64,000 nt of DNA. Source: Dehalococcoidia bacterium (GTDB lineage: Bacteria > Chloroflexota > Dehalococcoidia > Bin125). Each line of letters opens with the position of its first letter. The stretch's first letter is position 1. The DNA lies in the NCBI GenBank assembly GCA_963663895.2, contig CAXXRD010000002.1, forward strand, positions 640,001 through 704,000, read 5' to 3'. A program made the position numbers and the translations under genes. Below the pieces are notes generated by a model that saw nothing but the letters and a program-made list of their open reading frames with translations, was not told the origin of the DNA and ran no database searches. Of this stretch, positions 29,282-41,252 are shown piece after piece.

Positions 29282-30325
29282 TTGCCGCCGACCATCGAGT
29301 GGCGGGCCGGCCGGGTGCGCTTCCTCGATCAAACCGCGCTGCCCGGAGCGGTACGGTTTATCGAGACCAGCGACCCCAGCACGATCGCGGAAGCGATCCG
29401 AACGCTGCGGGTGCGGGGCGCGCCGGCCATCGGCATCGCCGCGGCCTACGCCCTGGCCGCCGCCGCCTGGACGGGACCGGACGACCCCGCCGCGCTGCGG
29501 CGGCGGCTGGCGGAGACGGCGGCCCAGCTCCGAGCCACGCGACCGACGGCGGTGAACCTGGCGTGGGCGATCGAGCGGACGCTGCGCGCCACCCAGGAGG
29601 CGAGCAGCGGGCAAGCCTTGCGGCGCGCGGCGCTGGCGGAGGCGGAGGCGATTCACGCGGAGGACGTGGCGGCCAATCACCGCATCGGCGAGCTGGGAGC
29701 AGACCTGCTGCCGGATCGCGGCGGCGTCCTGACGCATTGCAACGCCGGCGCGCTGGCGACGGGCGGATACGGTACGGCGCTGGGGGTGCTGCGCGCGGCC
29801 CGCAGCAGCGGCAAGTCGCACACCGTCTTCGTGAGTGAAAGCCGTCCCCTGCTCCAAGGCGCCCGCCTCACGACCTGGGAGTTGTTGCAGGAGGGGTTCC
29901 GTGTGAAGCTTCTCAGTGACGCAGCGGCCGCGAGTCTGTTCGCGCGGAGGGAGTTGGCCGCGGTGATCGTCGGTGCGGACCGCATTGCGGCGAACGGGGA
30001 TGTCGCGAATAAGGTGGGAACGTACGGGCTCGCCCTGATGGCGGAGGCGCACGGCGTGCCATTCTACGTCGCGGCGCCTTGGAGCACGGTGGACCTCGAC
30101 ACGCCGAGCGGCGACGCGATCCCGATCGAGCAGCGCGGCGCCACGGAAGTGACTTGCTTCGCCGGCATCCGCACGGCGCCGGCCGAGGTTTCCGTGGAGA
30201 ATCCCGCCTTCGACGTCACCCCGGCCAGGCTGGTGCGCGCGATCGTGACGGAGCGCGGCCTGCACCGGGCGCCCCATGGCGCGTCCCTGCGCGCCGCCGC
30301 GCGGGAGAGGGCGTTGCATGTCTAG
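29282..30325 (+). CDS. mtnA: Methylthioribose-1-phosphate isomerase
   Basis: VRGAPAIG, RPTAVNL, THCNAGALAT, ESRPLLQGARLT, NPAFDVTP; TTG start after GGAGAGG inferred. Confidence 0.93.
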   Translation: MPPTIEWRAGRVRFLDQTALPGAVRFIETSDPSTIAEAIRTLRVRGAPAIGIAAAYALAAAAWTGPDDPAALRRRLAETAAQLRATRPTAVNLAWAIERTLRATQEASSGQALRRAALAEAEAIHAEDVAANHRIGELGADLLPDRGGVLTHCNAGALATGGYGTALGVLRAARSSGKSHTVFVSESRPLLQGARLTTWELLQEGFRVKLLSDAAAASLFARRELAAVIVGADRIAANGDVANKVGTYGLALMAEAHGVPFYVAAPWSTVDLDTPSGDAIPIEQRGATEVTCFAGIRTAPAEVSVENPAFDVTPARLVRAIVTERGLHRAPHGASLRAAARERALHV

Positions 30326-31195
30326 CGGCGCCGTCCCTGCCGCGCGTCTGGCGGTGATCGGTGGCTCGGGCTTTTACGACATGGCGGAGCTGACGGAGCG
30401 GGAGGAATGGAACCCCGAGACGCCGTTCGGCCAGCCGAGCGACGCCATCGTCATCGGCACGCTCCACGGCGAGCGCGTGGCGTTCTTGCCCCGGCACGGA
30501 CGCGGGCACCGGCTGCTCCCGCAAGAGATCCCCGCGCGGGCCAACCTGTGGGCGCTGAAGTCGCTGGGGGTGGAGGGGATCATCGCGGTGAGCGCGGTGG
30601 GATCGCTGCAAGAAGCGATCGCCCCAAGAGATATGGTGGTCCCGGATCAGATCATCGACCGTACGCGGCACGCGCGACCGACGAGCTTCTTCGGCAACGG
30701 GATCGTGGCGCACGTGGGCTTCGCCGACCCGTTCTGCCCCGATCTCAGCGAGCGGCTGGCGGCGGGCGGGGAGGCGCGGGGCCAACGCCTGCATCGCGGG
30801 GGCTGCTACGTGTGTATGGAGGGCCCGCTATTCTCGACGCGCGCGGAGTCCCACCTGTACCGGTCGTGGGGCGCGTCCATCATCGGGATGACGGTGATCC
30901 CCGAGGCGAAACTGGCGCGTGAGGCCGAGATCGCCTACGCCATGCTCGCGACCGCGACCGACTACGACGTCTGGCGTGAAGGAGAAGAGGACGTGAGCGC
31001 CGACATGGTGGTCCGCAACCTCCGCGCGAACGTCGAGAGCGCCCAGCAGATCGTGGCGGGCGTGATCGCCGGGCTCCCCGCCGACTGGCGCAGCACGGCC
31101 CGGGGCGCGTTGGCGGCGGCGATCGTCACGGAGCGGGAGCGGATTCCGGAGCAGACCAAGCGGGACCTCGCCCCGATCATCGGCGGGTACCTGTC

Positions 31196-31199
<4 letters not shown>
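30318..31199 (+). CDS. mtnP: Methylthioadenosine phosphorylase
   Basis: IGGSG, RHGRGH, EGPLFSTRAES, GMT, TDYD. Confidence 0.93.
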
Positions 31200-33377
<2,178 letters not shown>

Positions 33378-33399
33378 GCAGCGGTACAGGGAGACGAAC

Positions 33400-34611
33400 A
33401 TGCCGACCAGCTTCCAAGCCGCCTCATCCTTACTGCTGACGTCGGAGTCGGTGACCGAGGGCCACCCGGATAAGATCTGCGACCAGATCTCGGACGCGGT
33501 GTTGGACGCCTGCCTGGCGGCCGACCGGAAGTCGCGGGTGGCTTGCGAGGCGGCGGTGGCGCGGGATCTGGTGGTGGTGTTCGGCGAGATCACGACCCAA
33601 GCGCAGCTCGACGTCGAAGCGATCGTGCGGAGCGTGATCGAAGAGATCGGCTACACCGACTCGACGATCGGCTTCGACGCCCACAGCTGCCGTATCAACA
33701 TCGCCCTGGGACAGCAGTCGCCGGACATCAAGGAAAGCGTGGACCGGTCGCTGGAGCTACGCGAAGCGGAAGCAAGCACGGACCGATTCGACCTGCAGGG
33801 CGCGGGCGACCAAGGCATGATGATCGGCTTCGCCTGCCGCGAGACGCCGGAGTTCATGCCGCTCACGATCTCGCTCGCGCACCGGCTCACACGGCGGCTC
33901 GCGGCGGTGCGCCACAGCGGCGCACTGCCATACCTCCGTCCAGACGGCAAAGCCCAAGTGACGGTGGAGTACGCATACGGCGCGCCCAAGCGGGTGGCGG
34001 CGGTCGTCGTCTCGACGCAGCACGCGGACGATGTCGAGTCCGAGCAGGTCCGCGCGGACGTCCAGCGGCACGTGATCGAGGCAGTGATCCCGGCAGACCT
34101 GCTGGATGAGAAAACGGCGCGGTACATCAACCCGTCGGGGCGCTTCGTGATAGGGGGGCCAACGGGAGACGCGGGCCTCACCGGACGCAAGATCATCGTC
34201 GACACCTACGGCGGGGTGGCCCGGCACGGCGGCGGGGCCTTCTCCGGCAAGGATCCGTCGAAGGTGGACCGATCCGGGGCTTACGCGGCGCGGTGGGTGG
34301 CGAAGTGCATCGTGGCTGCAGGCTTGGCGGAGCGAGTGGAAGTGCAGCTGTCCTACGCGATCGGCGTCGCGAGGCCCATCTCCGTTTCCGTCGAGACGTT
34401 CGGGACGGCGGCGATCGAAGAGGAGCGTCTGAGCGCCTTCGTCCAAGAGCTCTTCGATCTGCGCCCGGCCGCGATCGTGGAATCGCTCGGGTTGCTACGA
34501 CCGATCTACCGCCCAACGGCAACGTACGGCCACTTCGGTCGGGACGATCTGGAACTGCCGTGGGAGCAGACACCGCAGGCCGAGACGCTGCGGAGAGCGG
34601 CAGGCCGGTAG
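33400..34611 (+). CDS. metK: SAM synthetase
   Basis: [26 protein letters not shown]. Confidence 0.96.
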   Translation: MPTSFQAASSLLLTSESVTEGHPDKICDQISDAVLDACLAADRKSRVACEAAVARDLVVVFGEITTQAQLDVEAIVRSVIEEIGYTDSTIGFDAHSCRINIALGQQSPDIKESVDRSLELREAEASTDRFDLQGAGDQGMMIGFACRETPEFMPLTISLAHRLTRRLAAVRHSGALPYLRPDGKAQVTVEYAYGAPKRVAAVVVSTQHADDVESEQVRADVQRHVIEAVIPADLLDEKTARYINPSGRFVIGGPTGDAGLTGRKIIVDTYGGVARHGGGAFSGKDPSKVDRSGAYAARWVAKCIVAAGLAERVEVQLSYAIGVARPISVSVETFGTAAIEEERLSAFVQELFDLRPAAIVESLGLLRPIYRPTATYGHFGRDDLELPWEQTPQAETLRRAAGR

Positions 34612-34631
34612 CCCCCCGCCCGCGGCGATCC

Positions 34632-35042
34632 CTAGCGCTTGGTGTACTGCGGTGCCTTGCGGGCGCGCTTGAGCCCGTACTTTTTGCGCTCTTTCACGCG
34701 CGCATCACGCGTGAGCAGCCCGGCGCGCTTCAGCGCGGGACGGTAGGTAGGACCCGCGCTGATGAGCGCGCGGGCGATCCCGTGCTGAATGGCGCCGGCC
34801 CAGCCCGAGACGCCGCCCCCCGTGCACTTGATCTGCGCGCTGAACTTCCCATGCGTGCCGGTCACGGTGAAGGGCTTGTCCAAGAGCTTGCGATGGCGCT
34901 CACGCGTGAAAAGCTCTTCCGCCGGCTTGCCGTTAACGACCAGAGCACCTTGACCCGGGTATAGCCGTACGCGCGCGATGGCGCTCTTGCGGCGGCCGGT
35001 GCCGTAGTAGTAGGTCGGACCACCGGTGGATGTTGTGATCAT
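34632..35042 (-). CDS. rpsI: 30S ribosomal protein S9
   Basis: GTGRRK, ERKKYG...QYTKR. Confidence 0.96.
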   Translation of the reverse strand: MITTSTGGPTYYYGTGRRKSAIARVRLYPGQGALVVNGKPAEELFTRERHRKLLDKPFTVTGTHGKFSAQIKCTGGGVSGWAGAIQHGIARALISAGPTYRPALKRAGLLTRDARVKERKKYGLKRARKAPQYTKR

Positions 35043-35500
35043 GCCGTGTCTCCCGAGGCCTGGGTCGGACTACCGGTCTGAGGCGCCGCGGCGACCTGAC
35101 CTCCATGCGGATGATCGGCGCCGCGATAGACACGCAGGTGGGTGAACTGTTTACGCCCGAGCCGCGACTTCGGAAGCATACCGCGTACGGCTTTCTCGAT
35201 CACGCGCTCGGGCCGCGATGCGAGCAGTTGGCCGAGGCTGACCCGATGGAGGCCGCCGGGATAGCCCGAGTGCGAATGATACAGCTTGCTCTCGCGCTTC
35301 CGCCCCGTCACCTCGACACGATCCGCGTTGATCACCACCACGTAGTCGCCGATATCCGCAAAGGGCGAGAAGGTGGGTTTGTGCTTACCGCGCAGGAGCG
35401 TCGCCACCTCGGTGGCGACGCGGCCGAGCGGACGGCCCGCAGCGTCGATCACGTGCCAGCGGCGCTCGACATCAGTCTGCCGTCCAACGAACGTCTTCAT
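35039..35500 (-). CDS. rplM: 50S ribosomal protein L13
   Basis: WHVIDA, GKHKP, HSGYPGG. Confidence 0.96.
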   Translation of the reverse strand: MKTFVGRQTDVERRWHVIDAAGRPLGRVATEVATLLRGKHKPTFSPFADIGDYVVVINADRVEVTGRKRESKLYHSHSGYPGGLHRVSLGQLLASRPERVIEKAVRGMLPKSRLGRKQFTHLRVYRGADHPHGGQVAAAPQTGSPTQASGDTA

Positions 35501-36290
35501 TCTCTTCCCATCCCGCAAACGTCTCCCAGCCTTGCAAGGCCGCCAACTCGTAGCGAACCCGCACAAGATACAACCCCTGGGGCGGCGCCACAGGCCCGGC
35601 GGCACCGGCGCGGGGTCGCGCGAGCAACTCCTCAACGATGTCGGGACCAGCACTTCCCCGACCGACGGCTATCACCTGCCCAACCACATGCCGCACCTGG
35701 TGGGGCAGGAAACTCGGAGCTTGAAACCTGAACTCCAGCCCGTTAACGGTGGCGCGAAGGCAAGCTTTCTGCAAGGTGCGGACTGTGCCAGCGCCATCAG
35801 TGCGCCCGGCAAAGGCCGCAAAATCATGCGTGCCTTCGAGGGTCGTGAGGGCGCGGCGCATGGCATCGAGATCGAATGGCCCCGAGAGAACCCAAGCAGC
35901 ACGCTCCCAAAGCGGCTGCCGTTGGGCGGCCAGACGCACCCGGTAGTGATAGGTGCGGTCGAGGGCGGCGCGGCGTGGATCGAAGTCCGCAGGGACCTCC
36001 CGCGCTGCTTGGACCGCGACATCGGCGGACAGGAAATGATTCAGGCCGCGGACCCAGCGGGCAGTAGGAATGTTTGCGGCGCTGGTGAACGCGGCGACCT
36101 GCCCGAGCGCGTGCACGCCGGCATCCGTGCGCCCGGCGAAGTCGCAGCGGCTGCGCGCGCCCGTCAGCGCGGCGACCGCCTCCTCAAGCGCTTCCTGAAC
36201 GGAGGGTCTGTCGGCCTGGCGCTGCGAGCCGGCGAAGCCGCCTCCCTGATACTGGAGCAAGAGCGCGATCCGCCGGGCCACGCCGGCCAC
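35472..36290 (-). CDS. truA: tRNA pseudouridine synthase A
   Basis: GRTDAGVHA, HDF, PQGLYL. Confidence 0.93.
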   Translation of the reverse strand: MAGVARRIALLLQYQGGGFAGSQRQADRPSVQEALEEAVAALTGARSRCDFAGRTDAGVHALGQVAAFTSAANIPTARWVRGLNHFLSADVAVQAAREVPADFDPRRAALDRTYHYRVRLAAQRQPLWERAAWVLSGPFDLDAMRRALTTLEGTHDFAAFAGRTDGAGTVRTLQKACLRATVNGLEFRFQAPSFLPHQVRHVVGQVIAVGRGSAGPDIVEELLARPRAGAAGPVAPPQGLYLVRVRYELAALQGWETFAGWEENEDVRWTAD

Positions 36291-36296
36291 GGCAAG

Positions 36297-36917
36297 TTAG
36301 ACCTTCTCGTCGGCAGGAGCCTCGGCCGGATCTTCGGCGGCGGGAGCATCGTCTTCGGTGGAGGGCGGGGGCGCAGCAGTCTCCTCCAACTCGGCAGCGC
36401 CGGCCCCGTCCTCCTCGTCCGAGGACTGCTCGTCCACCGGCTCAGGCACAACATCAGCGTCGTCCGCCGGGGCGGGAGGAGAGACCGTACTGTCGCGGCT
36501 GGGTTCCGGCGCCGAGTCGGCGACTGCCGTTTCAGCTTCAGCAGGCTGATCGTCGAGCCCGATCTCCGCCACAAGCTCAATCTGCGCCATCTCGGCGCCG
36601 TCTCCGAGACGAGGGCCGAGCTTGGTAATGCGCGTGTAGCCGCCACGACGCTCCCGGTACGTCGGTCCGAGCGTCTCGAACAGATGGCGAAGAACGCGAC
36701 GGTCCGTCATGAGCGCGCCGGCCTGGCGACGGGCGTGGAGGTCGCCGCGTTTCCCCAGCGTAATCGCGCGCTCGGCCGCCGAGCGGAGCTCCTTAGCCTT
36801 GGCCTCCGTGGTGACCAGGCGCCCGTAGCGGATTAGGTCGGTCACCTGATTCCGTGTCAGCGCTCTCCGATGCGAGGCGGTACGGCCGAGGGCGCGGCCG
36901 GACTTGCGGTGTCGCAT
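36297..36917 (-). CDS. rplQ: 50S ribosomal protein L17 with acidic tail
   Basis: [22 protein letters not shown]. Confidence 0.96.
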   Translation of the reverse strand: MRHRKSGRALGRTASHRRALTRNQVTDLIRYGRLVTTEAKAKELRSAAERAITLGKRGDLHARRQAGALMTDRRVLRHLFETLGPTYRERRGGYTRITKLGPRLGDGAEMAQIELVAEIGLDDQPAEAETAVADSAPEPSRDSTVSPPAPADDADVVPEPVDEQSSDEEDGAGAAELEETAAPPPSTEDDAPAAEDPAEAPADEKV

Positions 36918-36948
36918 CGAAGGCTCCTACCTCTCCCGTGGCGGGCGG

Positions 36949-38067
36949 CTAGTTGTTGGAGATGGACTCGGCGTCCTGGCCAGCCTCGCGCAGCGCATCC
37001 AACAAGGCGGTGCCGAGAGAGCTGATCTCCTCATTCTCCTCGTCCTCGCTTTCCTCAAAGGAGGACACATGGTCCAACGAGAAGTAGGAATCGAGGGGAG
37101 TGCCGGCGATCTCGGGCCGCCGGCCCCGGGGATCGTCTTCCGACACAAAGCCGAGTTCGCGCAGGCGATCCATCAACTCGTAGAACGATTTATCGCCGAA
37201 GTTGCGGAGAGCGAGCAGCTCTTCGTCGCTCTTCTCCAGGATCTCGCCCACCGTCATGAGGCCGCTGCGCTTGAGGCAGTTGTAGGTGCGCACGGAAAGG
37301 CTCAGATCTTCGATCGAGGTGTTGTAGCGCTCGGGTGGCAGGCCCAGCGTGTCGGCGACGACACTCTCGACGCTGCGAGGCGGCGCACCGAGGTGCACGA
37401 ACAGGCTCATCTCACGCTGGAGGATCTCAGCGGCCCGGCGTATCGCGTCCGTGCCGCTGAGCGTGCCGTCCGTCCAGACTTCGAGAAGCAGGCGGTCAAA
37501 GTCACTCTGCTGGCCGACGCGCGTAGGCTGGACGATGTAATTGACCTTGGATACCGGGGTGAAAATCGCATCCAGGGGGATGACGCCAATGGGGAGGCCG
37601 TCGCTCTCGACGGCGGGCACGTAGCCCGTGCCTTGCGCGATGTCGAACGTGGCCGTCAGCACCGCGTCCGGGGCGTCCAGCGTGGCGAGGTAGTGATCCG
37701 GGTTCACGATCTCGTAATCGCCCGGGACCTCGAGATCGCCGGCGGTCACCGTGCGTTCGCCGGAGACATCCAGGAAAAGCTTGGCCGGGCGGTCCGAGAG
37801 GGCGCGCAGGCGGATACCGCGGATATTGAGGAGGAGCTCGGTGGTGTCCTCCTTCATATGGGCGATGGTCGAGAACTCGTGCTGCACTTGGTCGATGCGG
37901 ACGGATACGATGGCGGCGCCGGGAAGCGAGCTCAGGAGAACGCGCCGCAGTGCGTTGCCAAGCGTGGTGCCGAAGCCACGGGAAAAGGGCTCAGCGACGA
38001 CGCGCGCATACGTGTCGCTCGATTCCTCGATCTCAAGGCGCGGGAGCTCTTGCTCCGAAATCACCAC
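36949..38067 (-). CDS. rpoA: RNA polymerase alpha subunit
   Basis: GTTLGNALRRVLLSS, LSVRTYNCLKR, NFG. Confidence 0.96.
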   Translation of the reverse strand: MVISEQELPRLEIEESSDTYARVVAEPFSRGFGTTLGNALRRVLLSSLPGAAIVSVRIDQVQHEFSTIAHMKEDTTELLLNIRGIRLRALSDRPAKLFLDVSGERTVTAGDLEVPGDYEIVNPDHYLATLDAPDAVLTATFDIAQGTGYVPAVESDGLPIGVIPLDAIFTPVSKVNYIVQPTRVGQQSDFDRLLLEVWTDGTLSGTDAIRRAAEILQREMSLFVHLGAPPRSVESVVADTLGLPPERYNTSIEDLSLSVRTYNCLKRSGLMTVGEILEKSDEELLALRNFGDKSFYELMDRLRELGFVSEDDPRGRRPEIAGTPLDSYFSLDHVSSFEESEDEENEEISSLGTALLDALREAGQDAESISNN

Positions 38068-38088
38068 CAGGTGGCTCCTCTCAATAGG

Positions 38089-38715
38089 CTAGCGGGAGTA
38101 AAACTCGACCACGGCGCTGTCGTTGAAGCGCGCGTCGATCTCGTCGGGACCGGGCAAGGCGACGACCTGGCCTTCCAGCGCCGCCGGATCGACGGCAAGC
38201 CAAGCAGGGACCTCGCGCCCGCCCTGCCATTCTTTGACCATCGTGAAGAAGGCCGTCTTGCGGGCTCGCTCCGTCCACCCAACACGGTCACCAAGCTTGA
38301 GCTCCGCCGACGGGACGTTGGTGATCTGTCCGTTGACGGTGATGTGGCGGTGCCGAACCAGTTGGCGGGCTTGCGCGCGCGACTCGGCGAAGCCGAGCCG
38401 GTAGACGACGTTGTCGAGTCGCTGCTCCAAGAGCTGCATGAGGTTCTCGCCGGTGACGCCGGAGCGGCGCGAGGCTTCCTGATAGAGGCGGCGGAACTGA
38501 CGCTCGAGGACGCCGTAGGTCTGGCGAGCCTTCTGCTTCTCACGCAACTGGAGGCCGCGGTCGGAGACCTTGCGGCGGCGGGGAGAGCGTTGCCCCGGCG
38601 GGTTTGGCCGCCGCTCGATGGCGCACTTGGGTGTAAAGCAGCGGTCGCCCTTGAGGAACAGCTTCTCTCCGTTCCGGCGACAGAGGCGACAAACGGGACC
38701 GTTGTAGCGTGCCAT
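38089..38715 (-). CDS. rpsD: 30S ribosomal protein S4 (Zn-binding type)
   Basis: CRLCRR...C...KC, RLDNVVYRLG. Confidence 0.96.
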   Translation of the reverse strand: MARYNGPVCRLCRRNGEKLFLKGDRCFTPKCAIERRPNPPGQRSPRRRKVSDRGLQLREKQKARQTYGVLERQFRRLYQEASRRSGVTGENLMQLLEQRLDNVVYRLGFAESRAQARQLVRHRHITVNGQITNVPSAELKLGDRVGWTERARKTAFFTMVKEWQGGREVPAWLAVDPAALEGQVVALPGPDEIDARFNDSAVVEFYSR

Positions 38716-38718
38716 CGC

Positions 38719-39111
38719 TTAGACGCGCCGACGCTTGGGCGGCCGGCAGCCGTTGTGCGGGATGGGGGTGCGGTCCCGAATCGTGGTCAGCGAAAGGCCA
38801 GCCGCCTGCAGCGCGCGCACCGCGGCCTCACGACCGCTGCCCGGCCCCTTCACATAGACATCGACTTCCCGCATGCCATGCTCCATCGCCTTGCGCGCCG
38901 CCGCTTCTGCGGCGAGCTGGGCGGCGTAGGGGGTGCTCTTACGCGACCCTTTCGTACCGGTACTGCCTGCGCTGCCCCACGCGAGCGCGTTGCCTTGCGG
39001 GTCCGTCAAGGTAATCAAGGTGTTGTTGAAGGTCGATTGAATGTAGGCGCGCCCCCGTGGCACGTTCTTGCGCTCACGCCGCCGACTCCGCTTGGCCTTG
39101 CGATCTGCCAT
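38719..39111 (-). CDS. rpsK: 30S ribosomal protein S11
   Basis: [18 protein letters not shown]. Confidence 0.96.
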   Translation of the reverse strand: MADRKAKRSRRRERKNVPRGRAYIQSTFNNTLITLTDPQGNALAWGSAGSTGTKGSRKSTPYAAQLAAEAAARKAMEHGMREVDVYVKGPGSGREAAVRALQAAGLSLTTIRDRTPIPHNGCRPPKRRRV

Positions 39112-39120
39112 TCTCGAACC

Positions 39121-39501
39121 CTACTTCTTGATGGCCCTGCGGCGACCGGCGACGGTCTTGCGAGAGCCGCGACGCGTGCGAGCGTTGGTCCTCGTCCGCT
39201 GACCACGCGCGGGGAGATTCCGGCGGTGGCGCTGGCCACGATAGCAATTAATGTCGATGAGCCGCTGTACATTCTGCCGGACTTCGCGCCGTAGATCACC
39301 CTCGACCAGGTAATCCCGGTCGATCACTTCGCGGATGCGGGTTAGCTCCGCGTCGCTGAGGTCGCGGACACGAGCATCCGGATTGATGCGCGTCTTGTCC
39401 ATGATCGCCCGGGCGCGCGTCGCTCCGATGCCGTGGATGTACCGCAACGCGAACGGAACGCGCTTGTTGTCGGGAATGTCGACGCCAGAGATGCGGGCCA
39501 T
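39121..39501 (-). CDS. rpsM: 30S ribosomal protein S13
   Basis: [20 protein letters not shown]. Confidence 0.96.
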   Translation of the reverse strand: MARISGVDIPDNKRVPFALRYIHGIGATRARAIMDKTRINPDARVRDLSDAELTRIREVIDRDYLVEGDLRREVRQNVQRLIDINCYRGQRHRRNLPARGQRTRTNARTRRGSRKTVAGRRRAIKK

Positions 39502-39519
39502 GCGATCGGACTCCCCAGC

Positions 39520-39792
39520 CTAGCTCTTGAAGCGGTACGTCACGCGGCCGCGCGTGAGATCGTACTCGCTGAGTTCCACCAGGACACGGTCGCCGGGCAG
39601 GATCCGAATGAAGTACATGCGGATCTTGCCGGACACATGAGCGAGGACCTCATGGCCATTCGCCAACTCGACGCGGAACATCGCGTTCGGCAAGGCCTCG
39701 CGCACCACGCCCTCAACCTCGATCTTCTCGGCCTGAGGCGTAGGCGCACCGCGGGCCTGGGATGACTTGCGCGAAGCGGAGGATCGTGCCAT
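39520..39792 (-). CDS. infA: Translation initiation factor IF-1
   Basis: [22 protein letters not shown]; start uncertain. Confidence 0.93.
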   Translation of the reverse strand: MARSSASRKSSQARGAPTPQAEKIEVEGVVREALPNAMFRVELANGHEVLAHVSGKIRMYFIRILPGDRVLVELSEYDLTRGRVTYRFKS

Positions 39793-39814
39793 GAGTCCTG
39801 CGCCCTCAGTGCCA

Positions 39815-40585
39815 CTAGCCGGGCAAGGTGAGCACTTCGGCTTCACCCCGCCCAAGCGCAATCGTGTGCTCGAAGTGAGCGGAAAGGCAACCATCTTGGG
39901 TGGAGACGGTCCAGCCATCGTCGTGGACAAACGTCTCCGGCCGACCGATCGTGACCATGGGCTCCAACGCGATCACCATGCCGCTGCGCATCCGCATGCC
40001 GGTGCCAGCTTTGCCGTAATTCGGCATCTGCGGTGGTTCATGCATCTCCCGGCCCACTCCATGCCCCACATAGTTCCGTACTAAGCCGTAGCCCGCGGCT
40101 TCGATCACTTGCTGGATGGCTGCCCCGATATCGCCCTTACGTACCCCGTCGCGCGCGGCGTGGATGCCCGCCCAGAGAGCGTTGCGGGTGACATCAATGA
40201 GGCGTTGGGCTTCATCGGAGATGAAACCGCATCCCACCGTGATGGCGGAATCCCCTACGAACCCTTCTACTGTAGCGCCCAAGTCGATGGAGACAATATC
40301 GCCCTCCTGAAGGATACGGGAACTGGGAATGCCGTGGACCAGCTGTTCGTTGATGGAGACACAGACCACGTCCGGGAAACCCTGATAGCCCTTGAAGGTC
40401 GGGACGACGCCGAGGCGCTCGTACTTCCGTTCGACGTAGGTGTTGAGGTCTCGTACGTCGACGCCCGGCCGGACTTGCTCCGCGAGCTCTTGGAGCGTCT
40501 CCCCCACGACCCGGCCGGCTTTCCGCATGATCGCGATCTCGTCCACGCTTTTCAGAATGACTTGGTGGCTGGAGTCCATCGTCAT
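39815..40585 (-). CDS. map: Methionine aminopeptidase
   Basis: HGIP, GHGVG, HEPP, SAHFEHT. Confidence 0.94.
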   Translation of the reverse strand: MTMDSSHQVILKSVDEIAIMRKAGRVVGETLQELAEQVRPGVDVRDLNTYVERKYERLGVVPTFKGYQGFPDVVCVSINEQLVHGIPSSRILQEGDIVSIDLGATVEGFVGDSAITVGCGFISDEAQRLIDVTRNALWAGIHAARDGVRKGDIGAAIQQVIEAAGYGLVRNYVGHGVGREMHEPPQMPNYGKAGTGMRMRSGMVIALEPMVTIGRPETFVHDDGWTVSTQDGCLSAHFEHTIALGRGEAEVLTLPG

Positions 40586-41235
40586 GCGGAAACGGCCTCC
40601 AAGACCCGGAGAAGGTCCGCCTGGACCACCTCCGGCTCGCGCGCACCGTCGACACGGGTAAGAATGCCGGCCGCCTCGTAAAAGGCCACGAGTGGCTCGG
40701 TCTGCTGGCGGTATACCCGTAGACGATTCTCGATCGCGGCAGGTGTGTCGTCCGAACGCTGCATCAGCGGCTTGCCGCAATGCTGGCAGATCCCGTCGCG
40801 CTCCGGGGGGTTGGTGCGCTCATGGAAGATCATGCCACAGCCCGAGCAGGTCCGGCGCCCGCCGAGCCGGCGCAACACTTCCGCGTCGGCGACCTCGATC
40901 AGAACGGCGACCCCGACCCCCTTGCCTCGCGCGTGGAGTGCGCGGTCGAGCGCCTGTGCTTGGGAGATCGTCCGGGGGAAGCCGTCGAGGACGGATCCCG
41001 CTGCGGCATCGGGTTGGTCGAGGCGATCCATGAGCAGTCCGATCGTTAGCTGGTCCGGGACGAGCTCTCCCTTGGTGAGATAGCTTTCGACGCGCTGGCC
41101 GAGCGTGGTCCGAGCGCGGATGTTGTCGCGGAACATGTCCCCCGTCGCGACATGCGCGAGCCGAGCGGCTTGCGCGATCCGCATCGCCTGGGTCCCCTTG
41201 CCCGCGCCCGGGGGACCAAACAGCACTACGTACAT
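40582..41235 (-). CDS. adk: Adenylate kinase
   Basis: GPPGAGKGTQ, DGFPR, Zn lid CSGC/CQHC. Confidence 0.96.
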   Translation of the reverse strand: MYVVLFGPPGAGKGTQAMRIAQAARLAHVATGDMFRDNIRARTTLGQRVESYLTKGELVPDQLTIGLLMDRLDQPDAAAGSVLDGFPRTISQAQALDRALHARGKGVGVAVLIEVADAEVLRRLGGRRTCSGCGMIFHERTNPPERDGICQHCGKPLMQRSDDTPAAIENRLRVYRQQTEPLVAFYEAAGILTRVDGAREPEVVQADLLRVLEAVSA

Positions 41236-41252
41236 GACAGGCCGTGCATCGC